The notes under the pieces were generated by a model, which ran no database searches, was not told the origin of the DNA, and saw only the letters and a list, made by a program, of their open reading frames with translations. Below are positions 60,655-64,000 of a DNA stretch of 64,000 bases, piece by piece; positions within the stretch are counted from its first letter, which is position 1; every line of letters starts with the position of its first letter. The stretch covers positions 4,475,628-4,539,627 of the forward strand of contig OZ037771.1 in NCBI GenBank assembly GCA_964035545.1. Reading direction: 5' to 3'. The position numbers were made by a program, and so were the translations under genes. Source of the stretch: Bugula neritina. Its lineage: Eukaryota > Animalia > Bryozoa.

Positions 60655-63600
60655 TATCTTTACGAGCTAGCAATTTGATTATAAATAGGTATACGAGAAA
60701 CATTGTTATTTATTACTTTATTAGGTAAAGTAATTACACTGATATTTCGGGTACCACTGTACCCATCTTCAGAGTAGCAATGAATGAAATTCAAAAATTA
60801 TTATGTTGCGTTAGACGTTATGCATGACACAAAGAATAGAGAGTGGCAGTTATTGTAAATTATTGAAACTTAGGGATATAATCTTATTTTATATATTACG
60901 CAGGTCAAAAATTATACTGATTTTTTTGCATAAACAATAAATTAGAGTTGACAAAAAAAAATAAAATAGTTATCCAATTATAAAAACAGCAAGAATTAGT
61001 GAAACTATGTGAGAGTTGAGTAGTGTGGAGCTATTGATATAGTTTTAGTGGTATGGAGTAATTTTGTTTATTGAGTTGCGGTTTTATTTGTTTAATGTAG
61101 AGAGCTTCGGCTACTTTTCGATGGTGGATTCCTTTAAATGAATGATTTAAAACTGTTACATTGTCTATTGATATGTTTCCATGATTAGTGGTAGAGATGT
61201 GTTGATAAATTTTGGAATTGATGTCATGGCAGTGTTCATGTATCCTGTGTGATAGGCGACGTCCGGTTTCGCCTACATATGTTTGTTGACAGGTAGCTTC
61301 AGGGCAGGTTATTTTGTAGACTAGGTTGTGAGTGTGTTCTTTATTGGTTTTATCTTTGAGATTAAAATATGAACTTAAGGGGGTTCCTTTAAATAAAATC
61401 CGGGCATTGAGTTCATTTGAAAAAGAGTCTGTAATTGATTTATTGAGGGAGCGGATTAATTTTTCTCCTGTTACTCCTTTATAAGGCAGCTGGAGTAAAA
61501 TGTGTTTCCTGTTGTCTTTTTCATATATATTACATAAATATGTTATATGTGCATACATTATATACAGGCACACATTACATATACATATATATATAATGTA
61601 TATTCAAATTTACAAACATTATATATTAGTGTATCAATATATTTCTGCTTTTACTATTTTTAGTCAAAAAAGTTATATTTTAAATAACATTATATTATAT
61701 ATTATATTATGCTTACAATATGTTACGTACACAACATGTAGCTAATGCTGATAAAATATCACATTATTATGTTCATCTATAGGGGCAATATTACTCTTCA
61801 CTGTCTCCACCTCATTGCTAATCCTACGTACTGTTAGCCAAAACACAACTGTTTTTGGAGATGAGATAAAAGATGGGACATTTTCTAAACGCAACGTGTA
61901 TTCAATGATCAAGCACCCAGTCAAAGATGATACAGTGTTGGCTACAGTTGATGACGGCATCATAGAGATTGATTTGACCACTTTGGGTCATTCAGCGGAA
62001 CTGTGTAGTACTGTTCATGGCGACAGAGATGGCAAACTTCGACAAAGTCAGTTTGACAATCCAAGAGGCATGGCTAGCATCAGTGATTCCACTATCCTCA
62101 TTGCTGATAAAGACAATCACAAAATACGGAAACTTGATTGGTTGGTTGATGAACAGACTGTTAGTACCTTACTTGGTAAATATATGTTTTTCACCTCCTC
62201 TGTAACCAAGTCTTTGGGTCATTTTGTTTCATGTACATGCAATTACATGCTTATAGGTTTTTAAAATCTTTTTTGAGCAGCAAACTAGTTATTAGTTTTT
62301 GAAAGCATTTAAGTTGAGTGATCAAACGTAGTTCTTAGAATATATTATATGCAAAATTTACAAGGATAGACAAGGTTTTTTCGAGTATTTGCAATATTAA
62401 ATCACAATTCAAGTATTCAGTGCCCCCCTCCCCCCCCCCCTGTTGATTATTTTATTGATTGAGTATAAATAGCTATACTGTGTTTACATTTGCTACATTA
62501 TACAGTATAAGAAAATGTATATATTTAGATCGAGAGTTGTGCTCTCAACTGGTTTCGCCGACATTGGTGACAGCCGACCCTAGAAATAAAGACAAGTATG
62601 TATATGTGGCGCTACTCGATGGGTTTACGCTGCTGAAGGTAATTTTTCGAAGATTTATTGGCTATAATCTGCGATAACTGTTTTCTCAATTAGTGTCTGA
62701 GTCAAATCTGAAAAGCGTCGAAATAGTGTTGTGATTTACACAATATTAGTGCGTGGTTCCTAGCTTGTGATTATGAGTTAATTATCCGCAGTAATAGAGG
62801 GTTTGTGGTAGGACTAGAATATATTTATTTACAGTTACATACTAAGAAAAGATATACATAAAACGTTTCAACTATTCAATTACATCCTCTCTAGTTACTA
62901 GCACGCTCTCCAATTACAGCAAATTCCTTCTAGTTACGCATCGCGGGGGGGGGGGGGGGGGGGTTGTCACCTGACGCATCTCTAATTGGCTAGGGGACAC
63001 GTGGAGGCGCATACCGCGTGCCCCACTACAATAGCTGTTATTGACGAGTTTTTATTAGCTTGAAATCTATTGTATTCTATTTTCAGTGTAAAAAACCTGA
63101 AAAAGTTACAGTCTTTCCAGTAACTATGTTTAATTTTTTCTTTATGTACATTTAAAAAAGAAGGTACGATCCACTCACGTTAAAACATTTATTTTCAAAG
63201 TCCTATATATATATTTTAAAGTATATTTAGTATATAAAAGATTGGAATTAATAATAACATAAGATAAGTGTACCCAATGAGCCATTATTAGTGTTTTTGA
63301 AATTTTTCGTGCAAAAGTTCGTGAAAGTTTATTCATTGTTTTTTGGTATCAATGCAAAGTCGTTTGCTATCTGATCAGAATCATATAACATACTCTATGT
63401 AAGTATATGTATAAAAATTTCATGTATATGAATATATGTACAATTATATATTATGTACATGTACAATTATATATTATATGTATGTACAATAATTGCATAT
63501 AAACTACATATTTTATTTCCTCAGCTGCAGTATTACATTACTTTTTAAGGTGAACTTCCAATTAGAAAAAACTTTGATTAGTTTGTTTGATAAAACACTT

Positions 63601-64000
63601 CCATTATCTATAATATACCCTCCTTTGTCTATACTTTCCTTTACCTACAGTATATACCTTCCTTTGTCTATACTTTCCTTTACCGCCTACAGTGTATCTT
63701 CCTATTTACTTACATTATTGTCAGTGGAAAAATTGCAAGTAGCTATCCTGTGAGATGTTTGGGTAATAGTGCACAGCCATACCAACTGTAAAGCCTAGGT
63801 TTGTCATATCAACAAAAAATTTTCTGTAGCGCGAAATGTTATAATATAGTAATTCGCACATATTAAGTGTATATTATTCATATACCTAAATTGTACATTT
63901 ATTTTTGTATGCTGTAGTGGAACATTCAGGAAAAACAGTGCAGCAACATCAATTTACTCTTGAAGGACATTGGCTCATCAGAAGAAGATTCTAGTTCAAC
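60251..64000 (+). CDS. Signal-peptide-bearing NHL-repeat (beta-propeller) protein, 5' part; continues past window
   Basis: Exons 60251-60254 (gccacccaccATGC|gtgagt), 61783-62175, 62529-62638, 63918-64000 (partial), phases consistent. N-terminus [21 protein letters not shown] is signal-like. NHL motif [40 protein letters not shown]. Confidence 0.8.
60330..60656. repeat. Interrupted (TA)n microsatellite adjoining the Penelope 3' end
   Basis: Directly visible. Confidence 0.97.
60734..60780 (-). ncRNA. Minimal type I hammerhead ribozyme of the Penelope-like element
   Basis: Minus strand: ttgctact-CTGAAGA-t-gggtac(agtg)gtaccc-GAAA-t-ATC|agtgtaa. Intact core, perfect 6-bp stem II, palindromic loopless stem III (AUAU), stem I act/agt extended by ttgc/gtaa. 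Confidence 0.85.
61031..61523 (-). pseudogene. GIY-YIG endonuclease coding remnant of the Penelope-like element (no RT core present)
   Basis: VY..YVGET..R..EH and EALYI..L.N motifs. The upstream part of the listed 180-aa ORF is TA-rich non-coding sequence. Confidence 0.85.

Larger units (their letters stand above)
60655..61523 (-). mobile_element. 5'-truncated Penelope-like retroelement (GIY-YIG endonuclease end plus 3' tail), antisense in an intron of the NHL gene
   Basis: ORF 61031 to about 61523 reads LQLPYKG...NLVYKITC...[17 protein letters not shown]...[15 protein letters not shown], typical of the PLE C-terminal GIY-YIG domain. A hammerhead motif lies in the tail and TA-rich sequence flanks both ends. 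Confidence 0.9.

Noticed and set aside
60079-60728. Several YI-repeat ORFs (also 19238-19504 and 21822-22209)
   Set aside because: Translations of (TA)n microsatellites.
62946-62963. Poly-G run (also 43516-43532) as a functional G-quadruplex
   Set aside because: Simple homopolymer in non-coding DNA with no supporting context.

Overview
AT-rich, intron-rich eukaryotic (invertebrate metazoan-like) genomic DNA, not prokaryotic; most entries in the supplied ORF track are exon fragments or microsatellite artefacts. By reading GT-AG junctions and codon phases by hand I reconstruct five protein-coding genes. (1) INTS4, Integrator subunit 4, minus strand, 19 coding exons, 9625-25071, about 935 aa. 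(2) Head-to-head with it, an uncharacterised 646-aa plus-strand gene (28096-36385) with RFX X-box-like motifs. (3) A minus-strand orphan (38109-40238) built from three duplicated exons, each encoding a PRRM[K/R]TWYP...VSP[Y/F]VSDIE module; its start codon is unresolved. (4) PLK4, plus strand, 18 coding exons, 44163-58649, about 932 aa. (5) The 5' part of a signal-peptide NHL-repeat gene from 60251 to beyond the window end. Mobile DNA includes two hAT-type non-autonomous elements with 8-bp TSDs, a CAC..GTG MITE with a 3-bp TSD, a tRNA-derived SINE family and a 5'-truncated Penelope-like (GIY-YIG) retroelement. Most interesting observations: three hammerhead-ribozyme motifs (an intact minimal one in the Penelope tail, plus a two-copy short family, one copy in sense orientation in a PLK4 intron); a candidate CUG start that would restore the conserved LKKRV N-terminus of INTS4; stacked uORFs including an AUGA stop/start overlap in the PLK4 leader; the exon-triplicated orphan; and promoter-like islands inside INTS4 introns. 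No searches or folding programs were run; homology calls rest on recalled motifs.
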